Shown here: one piece after another, positions 9,729 to 18,852 of the stretch
Numbering within the stretch: the first letter of the stretch is position 1
Layout: each line of letters begins with the position of its first letter
Virus record (IMG/VR): IMGVR_UViG_3300032797_000632
Location: 32,001-96,000 of that record
Strand: one strand, 5' to 3'
From: a virus
Length of the DNA stretch: 64,000 nucleotides
The notes under the pieces: generated by a model
What the model was told of the DNA's origin: nothing
Databases searched by the model: none
What the model saw: the letters and a program-made list of their open reading frames with translations, nothing else
Position numbers and translations under genes: made by a program

Positions 9729-10712
9729 ATGACAAACCTGGTCGAGCTGGCCAGGGGGAGGATCGGCAAGCTCCCGGGCGTGGTGTCCGTGGGGCTGGCG
9801 GACATAAGCGGCATGGAGTACCTGTCCGTGACCCTAAAGCCCGGGGCCAAGAAGGGCGATGTGGTCCGGGCGATCAAGAGCCTGGAAAAGGAGGGCGACG
9901 GGGCGATCCCCTACGCCATCTGGCGGAAGGGGGAGCCGGTGCCAGAGGAGACGAGGCCCGGGATCCCGGAGCCCAAACCAAGGAAAAAGGGGGGCAGCAT
10001 GGGGTTGGTGGGGAAATCAATGGCCATAAGACGGATGCTCGGCAAGGAGGGCAAGGAGGCGGTCGAGGCGATGGTGGTCGAGTTTCTGTCCGGGAACCCG
10101 ACCCCGTCCGACCCGGAGGTGCATGAGTTCGCCGAGGGGATCGGCGAGGATACGGAGGCGGTCGAGGCCGCCTTCTACGCTCTGGCCGGAAAGTTCGTCG
10201 AGGTCCTGATGGCGGGCCGGGCCAACGAGAAGGGGTTCAGCGTCGAGGACGCCGACCCGGACGAGCTGGCGATGGGGATCAAGGTCGAGATGGAGCACAC
10301 CGGAAACAAGGACCTGGCCCAGAGGATCGCCCTGGACCATCTGGCCGAGGCGGACAAATACTATTCGGCACTCAAGGAAATGGAGGCGGGTTTGGGGATC
10401 GAAGGGAGGGAGGTCAAGGCCAAGATGATCCCGGCGCTCGAGTTCATCGAGGGGGCCGGGAGCACGCAGCCCTTGGCCGTCAACCGGTTCGACTCGGGGG
10501 AGCAGGCGGCGAAGTACGTCAGGAAGCTGGAGTCGCTCGGGGCGAAGGTTTTCATTGACGAGACCTATGGCGAGGGGCCCGACAAGTGGGCGGACGCCAT
10601 CATGGTGAAGCTCCCTAGGAGCATAACCCCGGATCTCCTCAAGGTGGTCGCCGAGGGAAGGGCCGACGACATGGGCATGCAGGGAGAGTATTTCCGGATG
10701 TGGTGGGATTAA
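9729..10712 (+). CDS. DUF5661-like domain protein
   Basis: ELAMGIKVEMEHT..IALDHLAE..YYSAL resembles the DUF5661 pattern. Confidence 0.7.
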   Translation: MTNLVELARGRIGKLPGVVSVGLADISGMEYLSVTLKPGAKKGDVVRAIKSLEKEGDGAIPYAIWRKGEPVPEETRPGIPEPKPRKKGGSMGLVGKSMAIRRMLGKEGKEAVEAMVVEFLSGNPTPSDPEVHEFAEGIGEDTEAVEAAFYALAGKFVEVLMAGRANEKGFSVEDADPDELAMGIKVEMEHTGNKDLAQRIALDHLAEADKYYSALKEMEAGLGIEGREVKAKMIPALEFIEGAGSTQPLAVNRFDSGEQAAKYVRKLESLGAKVFIDETYGEGPDKWADAIMVKLPRSITPDLLKVVAEGRADDMGMQGEYFRMWWD

Positions 10713-10727
10713 ACGGGAGGGGGCGAA

Positions 10728-11327
10728 ATGATATCCCAAAAGGCGAAAGCGATAAGGAGCCGGCTGGTGGGGGCAGGAATCCCTCCAGAATGGTCGAAGC
10801 GGGAGGACATTCTCAAGATCGATGCCGGCGGAGTTTATGCGGTCTTGAATCGGAAATATCTGGGCGACTACCAATGGATGCTCAAGGAAGCCAATACCCG
10901 ATGGAACAGTGCCGTGGAGGGATTTCAAGAGTCGTTGGTCTCGGGTGCGGACTTCTGGGCCAATTTCAAGGGGGCACCGATTCAGAATATGACATCGGAG
11001 CAGTTAGATATGGCGCTTGATACTGCCGGGGACATCGAGGAGCAAGGACTCGGTTTACCAAAACCTCCCGCCCAATATTTTATCGCCACCGATGGCCAGC
11101 GCCGGGTGGCGGTGGATTCGGAGGGATATGAATATTGGAGGTATGTTGGAATCATCATTCCCGAAGCGACAGGGTTAATAAAGCTGGCGCAAATGATGCT
11201 GAACGACAATCCCGACATCAAGTACATCGCCATCGAGGAAGATGGAGATTTTATGGCCGGATATGATTCCCGTGGCGAGATGCTCGATGGCATTGAAATA
11301 GAGGAAGATTATTCCTTCGGGGGATAG
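10728..11327 (+). CDS. hypothetical protein
   Basis: GGAGG RBS; leader KAKAIRSRL. Confidence 0.7.
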   Translation: MISQKAKAIRSRLVGAGIPPEWSKREDILKIDAGGVYAVLNRKYLGDYQWMLKEANTRWNSAVEGFQESLVSGADFWANFKGAPIQNMTSEQLDMALDTAGDIEEQGLGLPKPPAQYFIATDGQRRVAVDSEGYEYWRYVGIIIPEATGLIKLAQMMLNDNPDIKYIAIEEDGDFMAGYDSRGEMLDGIEIEEDYSFGG

Positions 11328-11335
11328 GAGGCGGG

Positions 11336-11632
11336 ATGCGAAGGGAAATAATGGCGATCAGGAGAATGCTTCGGAAGGCCGGACCATATCCATATCTGGA
11401 GGAGTCCATGCTCAAGGCGAGCCACTCGCTCGGATTTGCCATCGACGACCTCGAGGAGGCGTCTCGGGAGGCGGAGAAAGCCGGCATCACGGGCATGGCC
11501 AACCGCATGGACGAGATCAGGGAGGCCCTGCTGGAGCAGAAAAAGGGGCTGGATTCCAACCTGGGGCTGGCGTCGCAGTGGGGCCCGAGTGGGCCGATGC
11601 CGGAGCCGTGGGTGGAGAGGAAAAGGCGATGA
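11336..11632 (+). CDS. hypothetical protein
   Basis: GGAGG RBS; leader MAIRRMLRKA. Confidence 0.65.
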   Translation: MRREIMAIRRMLRKAGPYPYLEESMLKASHSLGFAIDDLEEASREAEKAGITGMANRMDEIREALLEQKKGLDSNLGLASQWGPSGPMPEPWVERKRR

Positions 11633-12651
11633 CGATAACGAGGGATGCAAGGCGCCTGCGGGCGATGCTCGAGGTTTTCGCCGTCCCCGATCCCCTCGGG
11701 GGATACATCGGGTGCAAGCAGAAGATAGTCGAATGGATCATGGAAAACATCCCGGAGGAGGCCGGGTGGGGGCTGGACGCCTTCTCCGGTAGTGCCGTGG
11801 TGGGTTACAACATGAAGGAGAAGGGCATGAAGGTCTGGACCAACGACGCCCTCCTCTATCCCTACCACCAGGCCCGGGCCCTGGTCCAGAATTCCAAGGA
11901 AAAGCTGACCGACGACGAGATCAAGGCCCTCGGGGCGCTCAATGGCAAGGCGGGGTTCATCACCGAGATTTACGGCGGGGTGTTCCTCAGCCCCGGAATC
12001 CTTCAGTACATGGACGCCGTGCGGGAGAAGCTCGAGGAGCTGGAGGGGTTCAAGCGGGACATCGCCCTGGCCGCCCTCTGCAAGCTGGCAATAAGGGCCA
12101 AGAGCCACGGGCGGTTCTCCGGCAAGGGTGTGGAGCTGACCCCGGAGAAATTCAAGGAGGGATACCCCGAGCTGCTCGGCGCCTACAACGACCTGATCAT
12201 CGAGGGCGACGAGTGCGAGGCCCACAACGAGAACATATTCGACCTCCTCCCCGAATTCGAGGGGGACTTCGTATATTACGATCCGCCCTACGTGACCGAG
12301 TTTTCCAACACCCGGTATGACCGGGACTACAACTTTCTCGAGGTGGTGTGCATCGGCCCGGAGGTCGAGCTGCTCAGCGAGGAGGAGCAAAAGAAAACCA
12401 GGAAGGTGGATGTGGCGGGGGACTTCATAACCAAGGGCACCGCTGTGGAGTGGTTCGAGCGCCTGTTCGAGGCGTCGAAGAACATTCCTTTCTGGATCCT
12501 GTCCTACCCCGACCATTCCATCCCCACGGATACGGAGCTCAAAAAGATGATCCCGGGCAAGGTCGAGCAGAAAAGCAAGGACTTCGATTACCGGGGGGCG
12601 CACGAGAAGAGCAAGAACCGGAAGGAGCACATTTTCATCGTTAAGGTATAG
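11629..12651 (+). CDS. N6-adenine DNA methyltransferase (D12 class)
   Basis: YIGCK, motif I DAFSGS, motif IV DPPY, ILSY; ATGA overlap start. Confidence 0.88.
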   Translation: MTITRDARRLRAMLEVFAVPDPLGGYIGCKQKIVEWIMENIPEEAGWGLDAFSGSAVVGYNMKEKGMKVWTNDALLYPYHQARALVQNSKEKLTDDEIKALGALNGKAGFITEIYGGVFLSPGILQYMDAVREKLEELEGFKRDIALAALCKLAIRAKSHGRFSGKGVELTPEKFKEGYPELLGAYNDLIIEGDECEAHNENIFDLLPEFEGDFVYYDPPYVTEFSNTRYDRDYNFLEVVCIGPEVELLSEEEQKKTRKVDVAGDFITKGTAVEWFERLFEASKNIPFWILSYPDHSIPTDTELKKMIPGKVEQKSKDFDYRGAHEKSKNRKEHIFIVKV

Positions 12652-12661
12652 GAGGCGGAAG

Positions 12662-12883
12662 ATGCGGGAAGATAAAAGGATGCTGATTTTCAAGATCGTC
12701 AAATACGGCATGCTGGCCACCTTTGCCTGCCTAGGGGTGCTGGTGATGATGGCCAGCGGGCTGGGGACCGGGAAGATCGTCTCCGGGGCTTATTTGGCTG
12801 CCGGGGTTTTTATGGTGGCGGTCCCCATCATCATCCTCGTGGTCGATGTCTGGTTTACGGACGAGGGGGACGGGAAGGGTTAA
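12662..12883 (+). CDS. small membrane protein (two predicted TM segments)
   Basis: GGAGG RBS; two hydrophobic stretches. Confidence 0.7.
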   Translation: MREDKRMLIFKIVKYGMLATFACLGVLVMMASGLGTGKIVSGAYLAAGVFMVAVPIIILVVDVWFTDEGDGKG

Positions 12884-12913
12884 GGTTTCCACGATAGTGG
12901 AAAGGTGGCATAA

Positions 12914-13849
12914 ATGGTAAAAACATCGATAATCGGAATCGGCGGGGCGGGTGCCAACATCGTGGGATCCATTTGCGGGGCGTTCAAGGGGAAAAACCTC
13001 CCCGCCGAGTTTGCCGTCCTGAACACGGATGTGCAGGCACTCGGATCGATAGTCGAAAGGCATAAGCTGGATCCGGCGATATCCCACCAGATAGGCAAGC
13101 GGTCCACCAATGGCCTCGGGGCAGGAAGCATTCCCGAGATCGGGGCTGCCGCCGCCAAGGAGGATATTGCATTAATAAGAAGCCTAGTTCAGGGCCGGGA
13201 TCTCGTCATGGCCGTGGTCGGCATGGGAGGGGGGACCGGATCCGGGGCCTCCCCTATCCTCATGCACGAGGCCCGGGAGGCCGGAGCTCTGACCGTCTGC
13301 TGGATGGTAATGCCCTTCTCCTGCGAGGGGGCCAAGAGGGCCAAAATCGCCCGGGCGGCACAGAAGGAGGCCGAGGCAGAGTCGGACGCCCATGTGGTGG
13401 TGGCCAACGATGTGGTCGAGGACTTGGTTTTCAAGGATGCGATGGCGAATATCAACTCGACCATTGGCCGGGGGATCGAGGTCATGATCCAGGTGCTACT
13501 TGACCCTAGCCTGATCAACTTGGACTTCGCTGACTTCCGGACTGTGCTCAAGGCCGGGGGCCGGGCACTATTCTCCTTCGCCGGATACGATGGGGAGAGG
13601 CGGGCCGGCAAGGTGTCGGACGATCTGCTGAAATTCTCCCTCCAGCCGGCCACAAACACCAAGCGAATCAGGCAGTGCATAATATTCATCCGCGGGGGAT
13701 CCGACATGAGGCGGGACGAGATCGAGGGCGTATCCACCGCAGTGCAGAAAAAACTGGATGAGGACGCCCTGATGCTCATGGGCGTATCGGTGGGAGCGGA
13801 AAAGGGCCCGCTCGAGGCCGTGTTCTTCGGGACGATGGCGGAGAAATAA
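12914..13849 (+). CDS. ftsZ: FtsZ-family GTPase lacking the C-terminal tail
   Basis: GIGGAGAN, NTD, GLGAG, GGGTGSG signature, PFSCEG, T7 loop NLDFADF. Confidence 0.93.
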   Translation: MVKTSIIGIGGAGANIVGSICGAFKGKNLPAEFAVLNTDVQALGSIVERHKLDPAISHQIGKRSTNGLGAGSIPEIGAAAAKEDIALIRSLVQGRDLVMAVVGMGGGTGSGASPILMHEAREAGALTVCWMVMPFSCEGAKRAKIARAAQKEAEAESDAHVVVANDVVEDLVFKDAMANINSTIGRGIEVMIQVLLDPSLINLDFADFRTVLKAGGRALFSFAGYDGERRAGKVSDDLLKFSLQPATNTKRIRQCIIFIRGGSDMRRDEIEGVSTAVQKKLDEDALMLMGVSVGAEKGPLEAVFFGTMAEK

Positions 13850-13864
13850 ACCAGGAGGGAAACC

Positions 13865-14221
13865 ATGCCAGTGGACTACGGAAGGTTCAGGGTTGAGTTT
13901 GAGGTCGAATGGAACATCAACATCCGCGAGGTTTTACCCGATAACCCGATCGACATCATCAAAGATTTTGATTACCGTCTGGCCAACAGGCTGGTTGCTA
14001 TGTCCAAGGTGGAGGCGGATTATGACCGCCTGCCCGAGGAACCAATTGTGATCATTATAAAAGGATGGGCCGAGATCGATGTGCCATTGCCTGAGGACAC
14101 GGAGGGCATGTCGGATAAGGACATCGAGTCGGAGTTGAAGTCCAATGCGAGATACGAGCTGGTGCGGGATCTAAAAATTGATCAAGTGGATGTGGATGTC
14201 CTGAGCATAGTTCAGGCGTGA
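13865..14221 (+). CDS. hypothetical acidic protein
   Basis: GGAGG RBS. Confidence 0.65.
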   Translation: MPVDYGRFRVEFEVEWNINIREVLPDNPIDIIKDFDYRLANRLVAMSKVEADYDRLPEEPIVIIIKGWAEIDVPLPEDTEGMSDKDIESELKSNARYELVRDLKIDQVDVDVLSIVQA

Positions 14222-15159
14222 AACATAAGGAGGGCAAGATGCCATTATGGGAAGCCGAAGTGACCATTGGATTCGAGGAGAGCTTGATCATTAAGGCCAC
14301 GGAAGAAATGGTGAAAAAGCTCTACGAGGACTCTTTAAGCAAGGTGCTGGCGGAGGAGATTCTTGAAAGCCCCGAGCTTAATTTCGGATCTTCGGCCATG
14401 CTGGGATCCGTCGACGAGCCGAACATGAGGTTCGGGGTGCGGGGGAAAATCCGGACGGAGGCCAAAGACAAGGAGTCTGCCCGGGCGGATATCAAAGCCA
14501 GAATCAAGAGCAAGTTGGAGTTGTCGGGGCTGGGGGTTTACGCCGTGGCCATAAGGAGCATAAAGGAATTGGAGCAGCCGAAGGAGGGCAGGATGCACAA
14601 CATCGGGGCAGACAAGGGGAGCGTCGCCGAGAAGGCGTGGCTGTGGATCGTTGACGAACTGGAGAGCGACGGCCCTTACAAAAGCAACGACGAGGTATGG
14701 GATGCCTTTTGGGAGAAGGCCCACGAGTGGGCAAAGGATCCCGATAACGCCAAGGCCCTAGAGGATGCAGACATGGCGGTGGACGACATCACCGACCACA
14801 TCGAGGGGACCGAAGACATCGAGATATGGTTCGTCGAGGGTCAGCAAGAACAGGAAAAGCTCGATGATCCCGTCATCGCCCGGATCGAGAAGGTGGAGGA
14901 GTTCAAGCGGGGCGGGCCGAACTACGGTGCCGACATCGGGATGAACCCCGGGGATGAGGTGCTCATCTGGCATGACAAAGTGGTCATGTCCTCCGGTGGT
15001 TTTCAGGAGGGATATTACCGGGTCGGGCTCCGGGGAAAAATCAACCCGGATGGAACCACCGTCATATTCACCCACTATTGGTGGGAGGACATGCCGGAGG
15101 CTTACGAGGACATGCTTTACGATGATGCGATGGCACTTGCAGATTCTGTAGGGGAATAA
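14218..15159 (+). CDS. multi-module acidic protein
   Basis: Long ORF; internal AAGGAGG and ATG at 14593. Confidence 0.7.
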   Translation: MKHKEGKMPLWEAEVTIGFEESLIIKATEEMVKKLYEDSLSKVLAEEILESPELNFGSSAMLGSVDEPNMRFGVRGKIRTEAKDKESARADIKARIKSKLELSGLGVYAVAIRSIKELEQPKEGRMHNIGADKGSVAEKAWLWIVDELESDGPYKSNDEVWDAFWEKAHEWAKDPDNAKALEDADMAVDDITDHIEGTEDIEIWFVEGQQEQEKLDDPVIARIEKVEEFKRGGPNYGADIGMNPGDEVLIWHDKVVMSSGGFQEGYYRVGLRGKINPDGTTVIFTHYWWEDMPEAYEDMLYDDAMALADSVGE

Positions 15160-15173
15160 ATAAAGGAGGAAAT

Positions 15174-15740
15174 ATGGATCGCAGAGAAATGAGGCGTCGA
15201 CGGGCGGTTTATGGGGATATTGTTGATTTTAGCATTCGAGATATTTCCGAATTTCAATTGGATAAATTGAGCGACGAACTCGAATCGCTAGGCTTGGCAA
15301 TGGGGGATGATTACGGCTGGAGAAAGCGCGACAAGACAGGCTGGATAAGGCGGGAGTTCATTCAGGGCGATGTCGCCGCCGCTCTCGAAGAATACGGATT
15401 AGTTGAAACGAAGGAGGGCAATATGAGTCGCACGGACATAAGGCGACGGCGGGCGGCGGAGCCGATTCTTGAGATCGAGAAGGCGGACGAAGAGATGCTT
15501 GGGGGCCTGTTCGAGAAGGCCCTGCGGGAGGAGGCGATAAGGGGGAAGATAATGGAGATGGCGTGGGATGCGGCGGAGCACATCGCACAGGAAGGTCCCC
15601 ACATGGATCGGCTTGCACAGATCGTGATGGAGGAGGGGTTTGCCGACAATGAGTCCGACGCCATCGATATAGTCATCGAGCTGGCCGAATGGTGGATGCC
15701 CGAGGTATCGGCCATGATTCGCAAAGGCATCGATCAATAA
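15174..15740 (+). CDS. two-module protein, each module with an RRRRA leader
   Basis: MDRREMRRRRA and MSRTDIRRRRA. Confidence 0.7.
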   Translation: MDRREMRRRRAVYGDIVDFSIRDISEFQLDKLSDELESLGLAMGDDYGWRKRDKTGWIRREFIQGDVAAALEEYGLVETKEGNMSRTDIRRRRAAEPILEIEKADEEMLGGLFEKALREEAIRGKIMEMAWDAAEHIAQEGPHMDRLAQIVMEEGFADNESDAIDIVIELAEWWMPEVSAMIRKGIDQ

Positions 15741-15753
15741 AGGAGGAGGAGAA

Positions 15754-16056
15754 ATGGGCAGGGAATTATTGAGGAGAAGGGCGGTGCACGCCGACGAGCT
15801 GGACCCGGAAGATGTCAAGATGCTCGGGCGACTGTTCGTCAAGGCGATAAAGGGGGTCGAGAAGGAGATCGCTGGCGAGGTGGAGGAGTTCGTCATGGAG
15901 CTGGTCCTGGGCGGACCGCACCAGAAGCTTCTCTGGCAGATCGTGATCGACGAGGGATTCGCCGGAGACACGGACGAGGCTTCCGACTTGGTGATCGACC
16001 TGACGCACCTGTGGGAGCCGGAAATCACGAGGATCGTCCACGAGGCGATTCCGTAG
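15754..16056 (+). CDS. paralogue of the C-terminal module of 15174..15740
   Basis: Shared MLGxLFxKA..GPH..L.QIV..EGFA..W.PE. Confidence 0.75.
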   Translation: MGRELLRRRAVHADELDPEDVKMLGRLFVKAIKGVEKEIAGEVEEFVMELVLGGPHQKLLWQIVIDEGFAGDTDEASDLVIDLTHLWEPEITRIVHEAIP

Positions 16057-16058
16057 GC

Positions 16059-16421
16059 ATGCTGGAGACCCCAAAACCCAGGGTCGTCTACGATCTGGAC
16101 GGGACCCTGTGCGAGTATGCATACCCGGACTTCGGGCCCCCGCGGTGGGATGTCATCGAGACCGTCTGGGAGTTCAAGCGGGCGGGGTTCGAGGTGTGGG
16201 TGAGTAGCTCGAGGACGAGCCCGCTGGCCAACCCGGACCCGGCGGAGAGGGAGAGGCATTTCCAGATGATGCTGGCATTTCTGGAGGAGATCGGGTTCCC
16301 GGCGGACTATGTGGACGACGGCACCCTGGGGAAGATCCCGGGGTTTAAGATAGACGACGAGTGCGTGTCGGCTTTTAGGGCGGAGGATATCTTGGCCGCC
16401 CTAGGCACGATGATGGATTAA
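16059..16421 (+). CDS. minimal HAD-superfamily phosphatase-like protein
   Basis: VVYDLDGTL, SSR, K..IDD motifs. Confidence 0.75.
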   Translation: MLETPKPRVVYDLDGTLCEYAYPDFGPPRWDVIETVWEFKRAGFEVWVSSSRTSPLANPDPAERERHFQMMLAFLEEIGFPADYVDDGTLGKIPGFKIDDECVSAFRAEDILAALGTMMD

Positions 16422-16431
16422 AGGAGGAAAG

Positions 16432-16650
16432 ATGCCCGACATATGGAGCTTTGACACGGTCATCGAGATGATCGTCGAGGATGTGGAGGAGATGATGAGG
16501 CAGTATTGGAAGGAAGAGCCGACGGAAGGATCCCGAGTCATGGGACCGTGGATCGGGCTTGCGATGGACGCCTTTGCCGAGGAGATCGCCGCCCGGGTGG
16601 AGAGGGCCGTTGTGGACGCCCTTGTAAAAAAGAGGTACGAGATAGTTTAA
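16432..16650 (+). CDS. hypothetical protein
   Basis: AAGGAGG RBS. Confidence 0.6.
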   Translation: MPDIWSFDTVIEMIVEDVEEMMRQYWKEEPTEGSRVMGPWIGLAMDAFAEEIAARVERAVVDALVKKRYEIV

Positions 16651-16660
16651 GGAGGATGCC

Positions 16661-17296
16661 ATGCCCAAATTGACATTCAAGACCGATGATCTGCTCGAGA
16701 TGTTCGGGCTTCCGACCATCGAGCAAATGGAGGATACCGGCGAGCAGATGGTCGATTATGCCTACCAGGAAAAGGACATCGACGAGACGCTCGAGGATTA
16801 CGGGATCGAGGACACGGAGAAAAACCGGGAGTCCGTGCGGATGGCCCTGATCGACGCCATATCGTTGGCCACGAGGGGAAACGCCGTGCAGCAGGTGCTC
16901 CAGACCCTCGGGTCCGTGCTGGACGAGTTCTCGGATTACAAGTACAGCTACGACATCATGGGCGAGAAGGGGTTCGAGGGGATGCAAGGAAAGGCCCGGG
17001 GGATCATTAGCCACAATATCGACTGGGAGAAAACGGTGGTCGAGGTGGCCGACGATTTCGGGCATGTGATCAACGATCTTCTGTCCGGGGAGGGAACGAT
17101 TCCGCCGGGCACCTATGCCGAGGATTACGACGCGAAGCAAATGCAGGGGTCGTTTCATGTTTTGAGCATGTATTGGGATGTCTACGGCGGGAGGATGCCC
17201 GAGGTCGGGGATTTCGACGCCGACATTGATAAGCATTATTTCAAGGAAAGGCTGGAGGAAGAGGGGCTCCTGAAAAAGCCCCGGAGGAGGAGATAA
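16661..17296 (+). CDS. hypothetical acidic protein with KKPRRRR tail
   Basis: AAGGAGG RBS. Confidence 0.7.
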   Translation: MPKLTFKTDDLLEMFGLPTIEQMEDTGEQMVDYAYQEKDIDETLEDYGIEDTEKNRESVRMALIDAISLATRGNAVQQVLQTLGSVLDEFSDYKYSYDIMGEKGFEGMQGKARGIISHNIDWEKTVVEVADDFGHVINDLLSGEGTIPPGTYAEDYDAKQMQGSFHVLSMYWDVYGGRMPEVGDFDADIDKHYFKERLEEEGLLKKPRRRR

Positions 17297-17298
17297 AC

Positions 17299-17676
17299 AT
17301 GCCCGGCAAAAGACGCCTCGATCTTGGGAGCAGGACATTCGAATCCAGCAGTGTTTTCGACGAGGAGGCCGACGGCCCGATCCCGAGGAAGGAGCAGATG
17401 GCCGAGTGGGTGAAGTATATCATCGAAGAGCAGGCGGACCTGGAGGGAAGCTTGCCTGATGATTGGACGGATTGGGATGTGGAGATATCCGGCGAGGTGG
17501 CCGGCAAGGAGGACGACCCGGACATGGACTGGTCTTGTGAGGCCGAGTTTGAGCTGACCGATCCGGACGGGCATCCCGCCGTGTGGGGCACCATCTGGGT
17601 GCAGGGCCACCACCCCGACCCGAGGAAGATCGATTCGATTGTGGTGCACGAGGTGGGCATATCCGCGGAGGTCTGA
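17299..17676 (+). CDS. hypothetical acidic protein
   Basis: GGAGGAG RBS. Confidence 0.65.
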   Translation: MPGKRRLDLGSRTFESSSVFDEEADGPIPRKEQMAEWVKYIIEEQADLEGSLPDDWTDWDVEISGEVAGKEDDPDMDWSCEAEFELTDPDGHPAVWGTIWVQGHHPDPRKIDSIVVHEVGISAEV

Positions 17677-17677
17677 C

Positions 17678-18436
17678 ATGGAGCGAGAGGCATACATCAG
17701 CAAGGAAAAAGGCAAGTGGTGAGTTCGTAGCGAGAAAAACCCCTCCTGGTCAGGAGGCTGCTACGACACCAAGCCAGAGGCCGAGGACAGGTTGGCACAG
17801 GTAGAAAGGATCAAGCACATGAAAGGCGGTGCCATGAACAAGGAAGGCGGGTTGCCGAAAACGGAAGAGGAGCTGAAGAATTATTATTGCCCGGAGTGCG
17901 GGCAGAACCCCGACAACCCGGAGCAGATCGTCTACGAGCCGAACCCGCATTATTTCTCCCCCTATGTTTGCACCGACTGCGGAAAGAGCGTGATCCCCGT
18001 CAGCAAGGACACGGGGAAGCAAATAAGCATTGAGGAATGGAAAAAGGAGCGCGAACTCCTGAAAGGAGGATCGATGGGAAAAGGCGTGATATCTGACGGC
18101 ATCAAAAAGATCGAGGACATCTTGGCCGCCAAGGAGGAGCCCGAGGAGAAGGCGGAGGGCGGGGAGGCTGAGGGTGGCGAGGAAGAGGAGCTTGTCCTCG
18201 AAACCGAGGAGGATGTGGCGGAGCTCTACGAGGAGGCCAAGGAAAAGGCCATTGAGCTTCTCGACGCCGTCATCGAGGCCACCATCGAGGAGGAGGGAAA
18301 TCCTCCCAAGTGGGTCAAGAACCCGGCGATCTGGGAGAAGGCCAAGGAGGCGGTGGAGCCGTACAGGGATAAGTATGATGAGCCCTACGCTGTTATCTCT
18401 TGGCTCTACCAAAGGCTCGGCGGAAAAATTAAGTAA
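17678..18436 (+). CDS. candidate selenoprotein (TGA at codon 15), multi-module with Zn ribbon
   Basis: GGAGG then ATG 17678; reads MEREAYISKEKGKW-U-VRSEKNPSWSGGCYDTKPEAEDRLAQVERIKH in frame with ORF 17792..18436; CPEC..CTDC. Confidence 0.8.
17723..17767 (+). promoter_or_regulatory. bacterial SECIS-like hairpin 1
   Basis: Lower stem CGUAGC/GCUACG, upper stem CCUCCU/AGGAGG, GGUC loop 25 nt after the UGA at 17720-17722. Confidence 0.75.
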
Positions 18437-18489
18437 ATCCATTGGGTTGGGGGAGAAAACTGCTTCGGCATAACCGAAAGGAGCCGATC

Positions 18490-18846
18490 ATGGGCGTGGC
18501 ATTGAAGGCGGGAATCGTCAGGCGGGCCCTGCGCACCGGCATGAGGCGGGTGGCCGGATACACGCACTACTGGAGCTATCCGCAGGGAAGCGAGTTCGGG
18601 GGCAGGCGAAACGCCCGGGGCGAAGGCGTCGTGGGAGTTGGGGCATGGAACGATTTGCTTGGCGGAATTCACGACATTGACGTCAAAATCGATACCGCCA
18701 TATCGGCCATCGGAACCGTGGGGCTTGGATTATACAATGCGGATCAAGTGCTCAAGGCCATAAAGCCCGCCCTCAAGGAGGCTTCCGAAAAGCTGGCGGA
18801 GGTGAATAAAATCGCTAGGGATATAGCGGAGACCTACTACAGGTAA
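18490..18846 (+). CDS. hypothetical protein
   Basis: AAGGAG RBS; leader KAGIVRRALRTGMRRVA. Confidence 0.65.
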   Translation: MGVALKAGIVRRALRTGMRRVAGYTHYWSYPQGSEFGGRRNARGEGVVGVGAWNDLLGGIHDIDVKIDTAISAIGTVGLGLYNADQVLKAIKPALKEASEKLAEVNKIARDIAETYYR

Positions 18847-18852
18847 TGCCCA

